A stretch of DNA of 64,000 nt from Deltaproteobacteria bacterium. GTDB lineage: Bacteria; Myxococcota; Kuafuiibacteriia; Kuafuiibacteriales; Kuafuiibacteriaceae. The stretch lies in contig JAVJQW010000057.1 in NCBI GenBank assembly GCA_040218735.1, positions 480,001 through 544,000 of the forward strand. Reading direction: 5' to 3'. The position numbers and the translations under genes were made by a program. Every line of letters begins with the position of its first letter. The first letter of the stretch is position 1. The notes under the pieces were generated by a model that worked only from the letters and a program-made list of their open reading frames with translations, was not told where the DNA came from and searched no databases. Shown piece after piece: positions 19,217-27,979 of the stretch.

Positions 19217-20757
19217 TCCTCGTCGTAATACGCGACGAGCACCTGGTTGTTGAGTCGATTCACGTCCGTCGGGACGCGCGACATGTCCGCCGAGAAGACA
19301 AACAGCGACGCGAGGGTCTCGGGGTTCAGGAAGCGCAACTCACGTTGCGGCAACTGTCTCGGGACGTCGAACGGCTTGGGCGACGCGAGGACGTAGCCCC
19401 ACTCCCCGAACGAGGGGACCGCCGCGTGGTAGCCGCGCACGAAGAAGCCGACGTCCTCCATCGTCGTCGCGACGCACCAGAAGGACTTGCGCGCGTACAT
19501 CGGCGAGGTCGCCTGGACCACGGCGACGGCGTCCGGTGTCAACTTGCGTTGCAGGAGCCGGTAGAAGCGCGTGGTGTAGAGCTTGCCGAGCGAGAAGCTG
19601 TTCGGATCCGGGAAGTCGACGATGACGACGTCGTACGGGGCCTCGTCGGTGTCACGCAGCCAGATCATCGCGTCCTGGTTGACGACCTGCACGCGCGGGT
19701 CGTCGAGCGCGTGTTGGTTCTGCTCGGCGAGCAACGAGAGGTCCCGCGCGATGTCCGTCATCACCGGGTCGAGGTCGACGAGTGTCGCGACCTCGACGCC
19801 GGGGTAGCCGACGATCTCGCGCATCGCGAGCCCGTCGCCGCCGCCGAGGACGAGCACGCGCGCGGGCGCCCGACCGGTGCGCTCCGTGAACACCGAGAAG
19901 GCGGGGTGCACGAGCGCCTCGTGGTAGCGGAACTCGTCGGAGCTCGTGAGCTGCAGGTTGCCGTTGATGTAGAGCTGAAAGCTCGTGCGCCCCTGCGTCA
20001 TGACCACGCGCTGGTAGGGCGTGGTCTTCGCGTAGACGATCGGGTCCGCGTACAGCGCGTCCTCCGCGAGGTCGGTGATGTCGGAGGAGAACACCATCCC
20101 GATCACGAGGAACACGAGGCACGCGTACGCCTCGGCGCGCAGCAGCCAGACGATCCGCCGCTGCCGCAGCGCGTCCGCCAGCAGGTGCGTGCACCACACC
20201 GCGACGATCGCGTTGAGACACCCGACCGCGAACGCCCCGCGCACCAGCCCGAGCTTCGGCACCAAGAAGATCGGGAACGCGAGCGACGCGACCAACGCGC
20301 CGAGGTAGTCCGCCGTGAGCACCCGCGCGACGAGGTCCTTGAGGTCGTAGCGGTCCTTCAGGATCCGCATCAGCAGCGGGATCTCCAGCCCGACCAGCGC
20401 CCCGATGACGAGCACCAGCCCGTACAGGACCACGTGGAAGAACGACACCCGCGAGAAGGCGAGGAACAGCACCGCCGCCGACACCCCGCCGACGATCGCC
20501 ACCGCGATCTCGATCTCGATGAAACGCGCGACGACGTCCCGCGTGACGAACCCGGAGAGCCACGCGCCCACCCCCATCGCGAAGAGGTAGACGCCGATGA
20601 TGGTGGAGAACTGCGTGACGGAGTCGCCGAGGACGTAGCTGGCGAGGGTCCCGGCGATCAGCTCGTAGATCAGCCCGCACGTGCCGATCGCGAACACCGC
20701 GATCAGCACGGCCGGCGCGCTCACGGCGGGGCGCGCGGAGCGGGCCTCGGCGGTCAC
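19198..20757 (-). CDS. speE: Membrane-anchored polyamine aminopropyltransferase (spermidine synthase)
   Basis: N-terminal TM domain (CGLIYEL, GLEIPL); TPYQ, DEFRYHEALVHP, VLVLGGGDGLA, VDFPDP, VPSFGEWG. Confidence 0.93.
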   Translation of the reverse strand: MTAEARSARPAVSAPAVLIAVFAIGTCGLIYELIAGTLASYVLGDSVTQFSTIIGVYLFAMGVGAWLSGFVTRDVVARFIEIEIAVAIVGGVSAAVLFLAFSRVSFFHVVLYGLVLVIGALVGLEIPLLMRILKDRYDLKDLVARVLTADYLGALVASLAFPIFLVPKLGLVRGAFAVGCLNAIVAVWCTHLLADALRQRRIVWLLRAEAYACLVFLVIGMVFSSDITDLAEDALYADPIVYAKTTPYQRVVMTQGRTSFQLYINGNLQLTSSDEFRYHEALVHPAFSVFTERTGRAPARVLVLGGGDGLAMREIVGYPGVEVATLVDLDPVMTDIARDLSLLAEQNQHALDDPRVQVVNQDAMIWLRDTDEAPYDVVIVDFPDPNSFSLGKLYTTRFYRLLQRKLTPDAVAVVQATSPMYARKSFWCVATTMEDVGFFVRGYHAAVPSFGEWGYVLASPKPFDVPRQLPQRELRFLNPETLASLFVFSADMSRVPTDVNRLNNQVLVAYYDEEWSRWH

Positions 20758-20972
20758 GCCCCGATGGCGGAGGCGATGATGATCGACAGCCCGATCACGA
20801 CCGAGCCGAGGAGGATGCCGACCGCCACGTTGTCATCCTCGGCGAGCTCCTTGCGGAGCGAGAACGGCGCGACACGCTCCATCACCAGGAACGCGATCGC
20901 GAAGATCGCGACGCCGATGAGTGAATAGACGACGGAGGCCACCATGTGGCCCTGCTGAGTCTCCCAGAACAT
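20754..20972 (-). CDS. DUF350-family small membrane protein
   Basis: Two TM helices flanking PFSLRKELAEDDNVAVG; position upstream of speE. Confidence 0.85.
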   Translation of the reverse strand: MFWETQQGHMVASVVYSLIGVAIFAIAFLVMERVAPFSLRKELAEDDNVAVGILLGSVVIGLSIIIASAIGA

Positions 20973-20975
20973 CTG

Positions 20976-21188
20976 TCATTTCCCTCCCCGATACCCGGAG
21001 CCGAAGAAGAACACGCCGCCGCCTCCGCGGCGACCACTACTCGACGACGAACGTCCGCTCGAGAGCGAGGGACGCGAATCGGTACCGCTGAACACGTAAC
21101 CGCCCGTCTCGACGACGAGGTACCCCAAGAGCACCGTCGCGCCGACGACGAGATAGAACTTCGAGAACAATCCACCCAAGAAAGCCAT
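20976..21188 (-). CDS. Small membrane protein with Gly/Ser-rich tail ending GYRGGK
   Basis: ATG 21188, one TM, sits between DUF4178 and DUF350 genes. Confidence 0.75.
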   Translation of the reverse strand: MAFLGGLFSKFYLVVGATVLLGYLVVETGGYVFSGTDSRPSLSSGRSSSSSGRRGGGGVFFFGSGYRGGK

Positions 21189-21190
21189 GG

Positions 21191-23134
21191 CTACACCCCC
21201 GTGTGGTCGCTCTCCATCCAGCGACGTTTCTCGAACCCGAAGTAACGAATGCCCTGCAGCAGCGGGAACAGCCACAGGATGAAGAACACGATCATGGCGT
21301 GTGAGCCGATGAAGACGTCGGAGCGCACCGCGAGCGTGAGCGCCGTGGGCTCGCCGCGACCGGTCACCCACTCCGGCTTCACCTCGGCGACGTACGTGCC
21401 GCCCGGGACGCCGCCCACGTAGACCGTTCGCGCATGCCGACCGGACGCGTAGGTTTGGCCGCCGACGTACCCCGAGTAACTCGCGACGTGCACGCCGAAC
21501 GGGATGCGTTTGTTCGACGTCTGCTCGATCAACGTGCCTTCACTGAACACGAAGCCGTTCTTCACGTCCGACGCCATCGTGATCTCGAGCGCGCTCTTGC
21601 CGCTGACCTCGAAGGCCTTGCTCCGCAGCAGCTCGCCCTTTACGCGCCGCGGCTTCTCGTTGCCGCCGCGCGTCTTGGTCGGGAGCTTCCACTGCTCCTG
21701 CAGGACGACCTGGTTGTCGGAGGTCATCGACATCAGCATCGCCAGCAGCAGCAACAGCCCCGAGAAGACGAGGCCGAAGCGGAACGAAGCCTTCAGCGAA
21801 GGCGCCGCGGGGTTCGGTTGGTTCGGCGCGATGCCGGCGGCGCGCGCGAGCGGGCGCTTCAACCCGAACGCCTCCTCGACGACCTTCTTGTCGAGGTACT
21901 CACCAGCGGACCACGTCACCTCTTCGGGCGTGCGCTCCTCCGACAGGATGTGCGGCGGCGCGACGTAGTCACTCGTGCCGACGCGATCCCCGACCTGCAC
22001 CTTCCAGTAGAACTCGCCGCGCAGCGCATCGACGACGGCGGTCGACGAAGAGAAGTGGCGGTACGTGCGATCGTCGAAGCGCGCCTGACGCCCGCGCTCC
22101 TGCACCGCCCCCGCCGACACCGGGCGCACGAAGGTCCAGTGACCGTCGTTGTCGATCAACCAGTAGTAACCGCCGCGCCGGTCCTCGCGGAGCAGGTACT
22201 CCTGCCACGCGTACTTGATCCCGTCGTACGTGACGCTGCGTTCGAGCAGCCCGTAGATCGTGTAGCGCCCGTGCGAGAACTTGCCGGTGCTCCCCAGCGG
22301 GATCTGCGGATCCTGCCCGTGCTGGCGCGCGGCCGACATCAGGTACAGCTCGCTGCCCTTCGAACAGTCGAGGAGCGAGTCACACGAGCCGCACGTCACG
22401 CGCTGGGCTTCGTCGGGCGCGCGCAGCTCGACGGCAGCGCCACAGTTCGGGCAGTTCATCCCGACGCCGGCGGCGGCCTCGGTGGGCTGGTAGTCGCGAA
22501 GGACGCTCTTGTCGAAGACGTCGTCGTACTTCAGCTCGGCGCCGAGGAAGATCGACTCCGCCTCACGCGGCGCGGTGCCGTAGTCGATCGTTCCGAAGGT
22601 CCCGTTGGGCCCTTCGACGTCGCAGTAGAAGAACTGGGCGCCCGGCTCGACCGCGAACGGGAGCTCGCCCTCCGCCGACACGAACTTCGCGCGGCGACGC
22701 TCGACGACGGTCAGCTCGTGTTTGCCGAACTTGAAGTGACTGCCGACGCGCGCCGCGGGGTAGCTCGGCAAGCCGGCTTGCGCCCCGCCGAACGTGAGGT
22801 AGACCTTCCCCTGAGCTTCGGCGAGCCAGCCCCAACGGCCGTCGTCGAAGGCGGCGTACCACTCGTTCCAGGGACCTGCCCCATAGTTCAGCTGAACGCG
22901 CCCGACGAGTGTGAAGCCCTTGCTGTGGTAGCGCCCGGAGGTCCCGAGCGCGAGCGGGGAGCCGATATCCGCCAGCGGGGCGACCTGCCCGAGGATCTCG
23001 AGCTCGGTGATGTCGTCGCCCACGCGAGCGACGGCGCTCGAGCAGTAGCTACAGACGGACAGGAGCGATGCTCCCGCCCGGAACTCGACCTGCCCACCGC
23101 AGTTGGGACAGTTGACGACGCGGGCGGCCTTCAC
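21191..23134 (-). CDS. DUF4178 domain protein with zinc ribbons
   Basis: Two CPNCG..CxxC ribbons each followed by a WxEW/WxEY DUF4178-like unit; C-terminal TMs and RRWMESD. Confidence 0.88.
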   Translation of the reverse strand: MKAARVVNCPNCGGQVEFRAGASLLSVCSYCSSAVARVGDDITELEILGQVAPLADIGSPLALGTSGRYHSKGFTLVGRVQLNYGAGPWNEWYAAFDDGRWGWLAEAQGKVYLTFGGAQAGLPSYPAARVGSHFKFGKHELTVVERRRAKFVSAEGELPFAVEPGAQFFYCDVEGPNGTFGTIDYGTAPREAESIFLGAELKYDDVFDKSVLRDYQPTEAAAGVGMNCPNCGAAVELRAPDEAQRVTCGSCDSLLDCSKGSELYLMSAARQHGQDPQIPLGSTGKFSHGRYTIYGLLERSVTYDGIKYAWQEYLLREDRRGGYYWLIDNDGHWTFVRPVSAGAVQERGRQARFDDRTYRHFSSSTAVVDALRGEFYWKVQVGDRVGTSDYVAPPHILSEERTPEEVTWSAGEYLDKKVVEEAFGLKRPLARAAGIAPNQPNPAAPSLKASFRFGLVFSGLLLLLAMLMSMTSDNQVVLQEQWKLPTKTRGGNEKPRRVKGELLRSKAFEVSGKSALEITMASDVKNGFVFSEGTLIEQTSNKRIPFGVHVASYSGYVGGQTYASGRHARTVYVGGVPGGTYVAEVKPEWVTGRGEPTALTLAVRSDVFIGSHAMIVFFILWLFPLLQGIRYFGFEKRRWMESDHTGV

Positions 23135-23194
23135 GCCGGTTTCGGGTTACCACCCGCCTGCTTTCGCGGCAACCGATGTATCCTCTCGGCAGCG

Positions 23195-25672
23195 ATGGGG
23201 GAGCCGGTCTTCGCCGGGGCGAGTCGAGTCGAACGCGTCACGGTGTTCTCCGAACATGCGCACGTCACGCGGATCGTCGAGATCGACGTTCCGGCGGGAG
23301 AGACGACGTACGCGCTCGACGATCTCCCGACGTCGGTCGATCCCGCGACGCTGCGGGTCACGACGTCCGGCGGAGAGATCGTACGCGTCGAGCTGGGGCT
23401 CCTCCCCGATACACACCCCGAGGGCGCCGACTCCACCGCCGATCTCGACGTCGCGATCGAGCGGCTGACCGCGCGCCTCTACGATCTCACCGGGCGCGCC
23501 GAAGGGCTCGCCGCCGAGCTCGAGCTGATCGACGCCGTCGTCCCCGACAAAGCGCGCGCGCCTCAGGGCGCGCTCGCGCCGGAGCGGTTCCTGGAGGGGC
23601 TCGATGCGCTCGTCGAGCGCCGCCGCGAGACGCTCTACCAGCTCCGTATGGCCGACTACGAGCGGCAGCTCACGGCGGACGAGCTCGACCAGCGCAAGAG
23701 TCAGCGCCGCGACCGCGACAACCCTTCGGCCACGCTCCGCGAGCGCACGCGAACGATGGTCACGGTGCGAAGCGATGAAGCCGTCACGGCTACGCTCGAG
23801 CTGACCTACGCGATGGGGTGGGCGACGTGGCGTCCGTTCTACGATCTCCGTCTCACACGCGGGCTCCCGACCATCGAGGTCACGCGCTACGCGGAGATCT
23901 GGCAGGAGACCGGGGAGGACTGGACCGACACCGCCGTCCGTACGTCGACGGCCGTCCTCGAAGAGGGCCTCGCGATTCAGCGCGTGCGTCCGTGGGTCCT
24001 CGAACATCCGACGCCGTCGTCCGGGAAGAACAGACCCCTCCCGAGGAACGCTTCGGTCTTGGAGCCCGCGCTCCTACCGCCACCGATGCCGCAGTCGAGC
24101 CCCGGTTCGAACCCCGGACGGAGTCGGTCGTCGCCGGACTTCCTCGACCACGAAGCGGCGACCGGCGACCTCTCGATCTCCGCGGAGACGCTCGCGCAGT
24201 CGCCGTTCGCTCAGCCGTTGCTCGGGCCCGGCTCGGATCCGACGAGCCACCCGCGCCACGGGAGCAACCCGCGCCCGGACTCGGGGCCCCGCGCACGGCA
24301 GTTCCGTGAGGAGGGGATCTTCTCCGAGATCACCGCGGTGTCCGCACAGGCGGAGACGGGGCCGACGGCGACGCAGCTCGTCGAAGCGCAGCGCACGGGC
24401 CGCCCGTCGCCGCGCGAGGGGACGACGAACATCGGCGTGGTGCAGACACCTTCGCCGGATCATCCGGACTGGGACCGCTTCGAGGCGGAGGCTCCGCCGC
24501 GCGAGAGCAGCGGGGGATTCGACTTCGAGCTGACGGCGAACGAGCGCGCGTCCTTGCCTTCGGGCCACGAGCAGCACCGTCTGTTGTTGGGGCGCGCGAA
24601 CCTTCCGTGTGAAGTGCGGTACCTGCTCCGGCCCGCGATCACCGGGCACGCGTTTGCGCGGCTGACGATCACCAACTCGTCGCGGGTGCCCCTCCTCCCC
24701 GGGAACGCGGCGGTGTTCGACAACGATCGTTACTCCGGCGCGGTGACGCTCGACGCGGCGCCGCCGAAGGCGCGGGTGTCGCTCGACCTCGGCGCGCAGC
24801 CACGCGTGGTCGCGCGCCGAAAGAGCCGAACGTCGATGCGGACGGAAGGGCTCATCACGCGCGAGGACGAGAACGCGAACGAAGTGCTGCTCGACACCGA
24901 CTTCCGCCTCTTCTACTGGCTGCTCAACGGCCATGTCGTCGGCGCGCCCGAGCAGCCTCCGCCGCCCGACCCGGCCGCCGTGAAGATGGTCCGTGCCTTC
25001 GTCCAGGCCGGTGCCGATCTTCGCTACAGTCGTGCGGGTCTGATCTCTGGCGATCTCGCGCGCCAGTCGGGGAGCGAAGCCGTCCAGCGAACGCTCGCCG
25101 AGTGCGACGCGTACGTGACGCGGCACTACAAGAGCAGCAGCCGAGACAAGCAGTGGAAATACGTGAAGAGACCACCGAACGTGAAGTCGGTGCTCACCAA
25201 GGAGCTCGCTGGCGATGCACTCGCCAAGAAGACGGTCGCGCTGGTCATGGTGTCGGCGACGGCGACGCTGAAGAGCAAGAGGAACGCCTACCGACCGGAG
25301 AACGCGGCGGACGCCAATCCGAATACCGCTTGGGTGGAGGGCAGCCCTTGGCACGGGCGATGCGAGGGTATCGACCTTCGCGTCGACCAGGCCGCCAAGG
25401 CGGCGAAGCTCATGATCCTGAATGGCTACACGAAGTCCGAGAAGACGTGGAAAGAGAACTCGCGCATCAAGCGCGCGAAGGTCTTCGTGAACGGCGATGT
25501 CGTGGCGTCGGTCGAACTGTTGGACACCCTGGAGCCGCAGACCTTCGCGCTCGGTCGTGATCTCTCGGCCAAGGACGTCATCAAATTTCGGATCGTCGAG
25601 GTCTTCCCGGGGAGCAAGTACAAGGACACGGCGATCAGCGAGCTGCGCCTCGTCGCGAGCGAAGCGGGGTAG
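23195..25672 (+). CDS. DUF4140/DUF4139 (MuiA-like) protein, apparently truncated and fused to an ankyrin-like fragment and a discoidin-like glycan-binding domain
   Basis: SRVERVTVFSEHAHVTR, WRPFYDLRL, WQETGEDW, PLLPGNAAVF; C-terminus YRPENAAD..TAWVEG..ILNGYTKSEKTWKENSRIK..GSKYKDTAISE; ATG 23195. Confidence 0.8.
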   Translation: MGEPVFAGASRVERVTVFSEHAHVTRIVEIDVPAGETTYALDDLPTSVDPATLRVTTSGGEIVRVELGLLPDTHPEGADSTADLDVAIERLTARLYDLTGRAEGLAAELELIDAVVPDKARAPQGALAPERFLEGLDALVERRRETLYQLRMADYERQLTADELDQRKSQRRDRDNPSATLRERTRTMVTVRSDEAVTATLELTYAMGWATWRPFYDLRLTRGLPTIEVTRYAEIWQETGEDWTDTAVRTSTAVLEEGLAIQRVRPWVLEHPTPSSGKNRPLPRNASVLEPALLPPPMPQSSPGSNPGRSRSSPDFLDHEAATGDLSISAETLAQSPFAQPLLGPGSDPTSHPRHGSNPRPDSGPRARQFREEGIFSEITAVSAQAETGPTATQLVEAQRTGRPSPREGTTNIGVVQTPSPDHPDWDRFEAEAPPRESSGGFDFELTANERASLPSGHEQHRLLLGRANLPCEVRYLLRPAITGHAFARLTITNSSRVPLLPGNAAVFDNDRYSGAVTLDAAPPKARVSLDLGAQPRVVARRKSRTSMRTEGLITREDENANEVLLDTDFRLFYWLLNGHVVGAPEQPPPPDPAAVKMVRAFVQAGADLRYSRAGLISGDLARQSGSEAVQRTLAECDAYVTRHYKSSSRDKQWKYVKRPPNVKSVLTKELAGDALAKKTVALVMVSATATLKSKRNAYRPENAADANPNTAWVEGSPWHGRCEGIDLRVDQAAKAAKLMILNGYTKSEKTWKENSRIKRAKVFVNGDVVASVELLDTLEPQTFALGRDLSAKDVIKFRIVEVFPGSKYKDTAISELRLVASEAG

Positions 25673-25739
25673 AATTCGTCCCTGTTCGGGCGGCGGGAGC
25701 ACGAACACCTGCGGACGGTACCGCCCGTGTCGAGCCACG

Positions 25740-25889
25740 CCGCGTCGACATCGGCCGTGACGCCGGTCCGACGGCGCCGAGCGTACTCGCGTTGTTGACC
25801 AGGACGTCGATCGCGCCGAACGCGTCGGCGGCCTCGGCGGCGATCCGGGCGGGGGCCCTCGCGCGCGTTCGGCGGCGCGGCGTGCTCAT
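25740..25889 (-). pseudogene. Short-chain dehydrogenase/reductase remnant
   Basis: IAAEAADAFGAIDVLVNNASTLG (SDR NNAG-type motif) with no TGxxxGxG or YxxxK in frame. Confidence 0.55.
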
Positions 25890-25936
25890 GCATTGGAATC
25901 TGGTTGTCGAACGAGCACGGCGTTTCCTGTGTGCCG

Positions 25937-25965
25937 GTAAGGTTCGCGCACCCTCGAAACGAATA
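25937..25965 (+). promoter_or_regulatory. Putative ECF promoter GTAAG-N18-CGAATA
   Basis: Same two boxes and spacing as upstream of the FG-GAP gene (34896-34924). Confidence 0.6.
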
Positions 25966-26026
25966 CCGATACGAGGCCTCGGTCGTTCCGGGCCGCTCGT
26001 ACAACTCATTTTCAGGGGAGAGATCG

Positions 26027-26506
26027 ATGTCGAATTCAACGAAGCGCGGCGGGCTGTGGTCCGTCGCTGTCCTGGGGTTCATCGCGGCGTGTGGATCGGT
26101 CGACGAGCGGCCGGCGTCGGAGGAGGCGCCCCAGACCGCGACGACGGAGCAGGGCATCCTCGGCTCCAACCTCTGCAAGGACGTCGACCTCATCTTCACC
26201 AACTCGCGCGAGCGGGCGAGCGGCAACGTCGCCATTCGCGTCCGTCGCGTGAAGTTCTCCGAGAACGCGAACGGCCCGTGGCGCTCCGAGGACTTCAGTA
26301 ACCGGGTCGTCGGTTACGGCGACACGGTGACGGTCGACAACCAAGACCTCGAGAACTCGTACAACGATGATCTCGAGCACTGGCGCATCTACTACAACGT
26401 CCTGCAGCCCAACGGGACTTGGGGCTCCGAGGTGTATCAGCAGGTCACGCACTTCGGCGACTCCACCTGCCGGAACTACCGAGGTTACTCGCTCGTCGTG
26501 AACTAA
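26027..26506 (+). CDS. Secreted lipoprotein of unknown function
   Basis: RBS GGGGAG, ATG 26027, lipobox IAAC, beta-rich domain with two further Cys. Confidence 0.8.
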   Translation: MSNSTKRGGLWSVAVLGFIAACGSVDERPASEEAPQTATTEQGILGSNLCKDVDLIFTNSRERASGNVAIRVRRVKFSENANGPWRSEDFSNRVVGYGDTVTVDNQDLENSYNDDLEHWRIYYNVLQPNGTWGSEVYQQVTHFGDSTCRNYRGYSLVVN

Positions 26507-26510
26507 CGAC

Positions 26511-27227
26511 TCAGGGTCGCAGCCGAAGCGTGAAGGAACGCGCTTGCCAGCCGTCGCCGGTCTCCTCGCCCAGCACCGCTTGCGGCCTGGGCGCGGCGCC
26601 GGGGCGGGAGACGACGGCGACGAGGCGGACCTCGCCCGTTTGGCCGCGGGCGAGCACACCGGCTTCGCCGACCCACCGAGCCGTGCCCCGCGGCGACACC
26701 TCCGCAACGACCGAGGACGAGACCGGCGCGCCGTCGACGACGACGAACAGCGACGCCCCGACCGGGCCGGACACCTCGACCATCGGTCGCATGACGATCG
26801 CGATCTCGGTGGGGCCGTCGAGGATCGTGGGAGTCGCCGCGCCGCGCCAGTCCTCGGCGGTCGGCTCATACTCCACCCGGTAGGCCGGCAGCGCGTCGCC
26901 GTCGGGAGGGACCATGAGGAGCAGCACGGCGGCCGCCGCGGCGACGGCGGCGACACCGATCGGCCACGTTCGCGCGCGGCGCAGCGGGCTCGCGGCGTCC
27001 AGCGCGACGCCGACGAGTTTGTCCTCGAAGTCCTTCGAGAGGGGCTCGCACATCTCGAGCGCCGTCCGCAGCGCCGAGTCGTGCACGGCATCTTCGCGCA
27101 GCCGCGCCTCCTCGTCCGCGCTCAGCGTTCCGTGGGCGAGGCGCTCGATCCGTGGATCGAGGTCCGCGTCGAGCGCGCTCATCGCCTGCCCGATCGCGCG
27201 GAGGCCGTCGTCGACGCGGTCAGACAC
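26511..27227 (-). CDS. Putative membrane anti-sigma factor (copy 1)
   Basis: RIERLAHGTLSADEEARL anti-sigma-like N-terminus, single TM, extracytoplasmic domain; overlaps sigma gene stop. Confidence 0.75.
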   Translation of the reverse strand: MSDRVDDGLRAIGQAMSALDADLDPRIERLAHGTLSADEEARLREDAVHDSALRTALEMCEPLSKDFEDKLVGVALDAASPLRRARTWPIGVAAVAAAAAVLLLMVPPDGDALPAYRVEYEPTAEDWRGAATPTILDGPTEIAIVMRPMVEVSGPVGASLFVVVDGAPVSSSVVAEVSPRGTARWVGEAGVLARGQTGEVRLVAVVSRPGAAPRPQAVLGEETGDGWQARSFTLRLRP

Positions 27228-27876
27228 GGCCAGGTCCTTCGGCTGCGAGCTCCGCCTCGAGCTCGCGGACCAGCTTCAGGAGTCGATTGCGCCAGGAGTA
27301 CAGGGCGGTCGGTGTCGTCCCCTCCTCCTCGGCGACGAGCTGAATCGGCTGCTCGTCGATGTACAGGCGTTGGAAGTACACACGGCCCCGCGGGCTGAGG
27401 CGTTCTTTCAGGCGCTCGGCGATGAGGGCGAGCAGCTCGCGCGACGCCACGTAGTCCTCGTGGCTGGCCGCCGTGCCGCGCATCTCGTCTAGGCGCTCGT
27501 CGAGCGTCGGGTCCTCGGTCCAGGGGTTGCGCTTGCCGGTCCGCATGATCATGCCGACCTCGCGATCGGCGAGGAGGCCGACGAAGCTCGTGAACGACAG
27601 GCCGCGGCGCTCGTCCCACGCGCGGAGCGCCTTCCCCCGCCGCGAGAACAGCGCGGCAAAGACCTCCTGCACCATGTCTTCGACATCATGGCGCAGGTTG
27701 CGACCGCGTGCCTGCGCCGCGTGGCGCATCAGCGCTCGCGAGACCCGAACCTGAATGGTCGGGGCGATCCGGGCGACGACGGTGCGCATCGCGTCGGCGT
27801 CGCCGTCCAACGCCGATACGAGCCGCGCGCGCAGCTCCTGTGGACCGAGCCGGTCGAGGTCGATACCCGGGGTCAC
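27220..27876 (-). CDS. ECF RNA polymerase sigma factor (copy 1)
   Basis: ALDGDADAM, DVEDMVQEVFAALF, WDERRGLSFTSFV (region 2), region-4 HTH ALYSWRNRL; GTG 27876 with GAGGA RBS. Confidence 0.85.
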   Translation of the reverse strand: MTPGIDLDRLGPQELRARLVSALDGDADAMRTVVARIAPTIQVRVSRALMRHAAQARGRNLRHDVEDMVQEVFAALFSRRGKALRAWDERRGLSFTSFVGLLADREVGMIMRTGKRNPWTEDPTLDERLDEMRGTAASHEDYVASRELLALIAERLKERLSPRGRVYFQRLYIDEQPIQLVAEEEGTTPTALYSWRNRLLKLVRELEAELAAEGPGRV

Positions 27877-27979
27877 GACGTCGTTCCTCGAGACTCCGTA
27901 ACGTATCAACAACCGCCCGTCGCGGCGTCCCCTGTGCAATCCCTCCCGAGCTTTCAGTTCTGTTCGCCAGACGATCAGC

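Noticed and set aside
21434-23194. Apparent N-terminal extension making a 1412-aa protein
   Set aside because: Antisense to the DUF4178 gene; the recognisable DUF4140 sequence starts at ATG 23195
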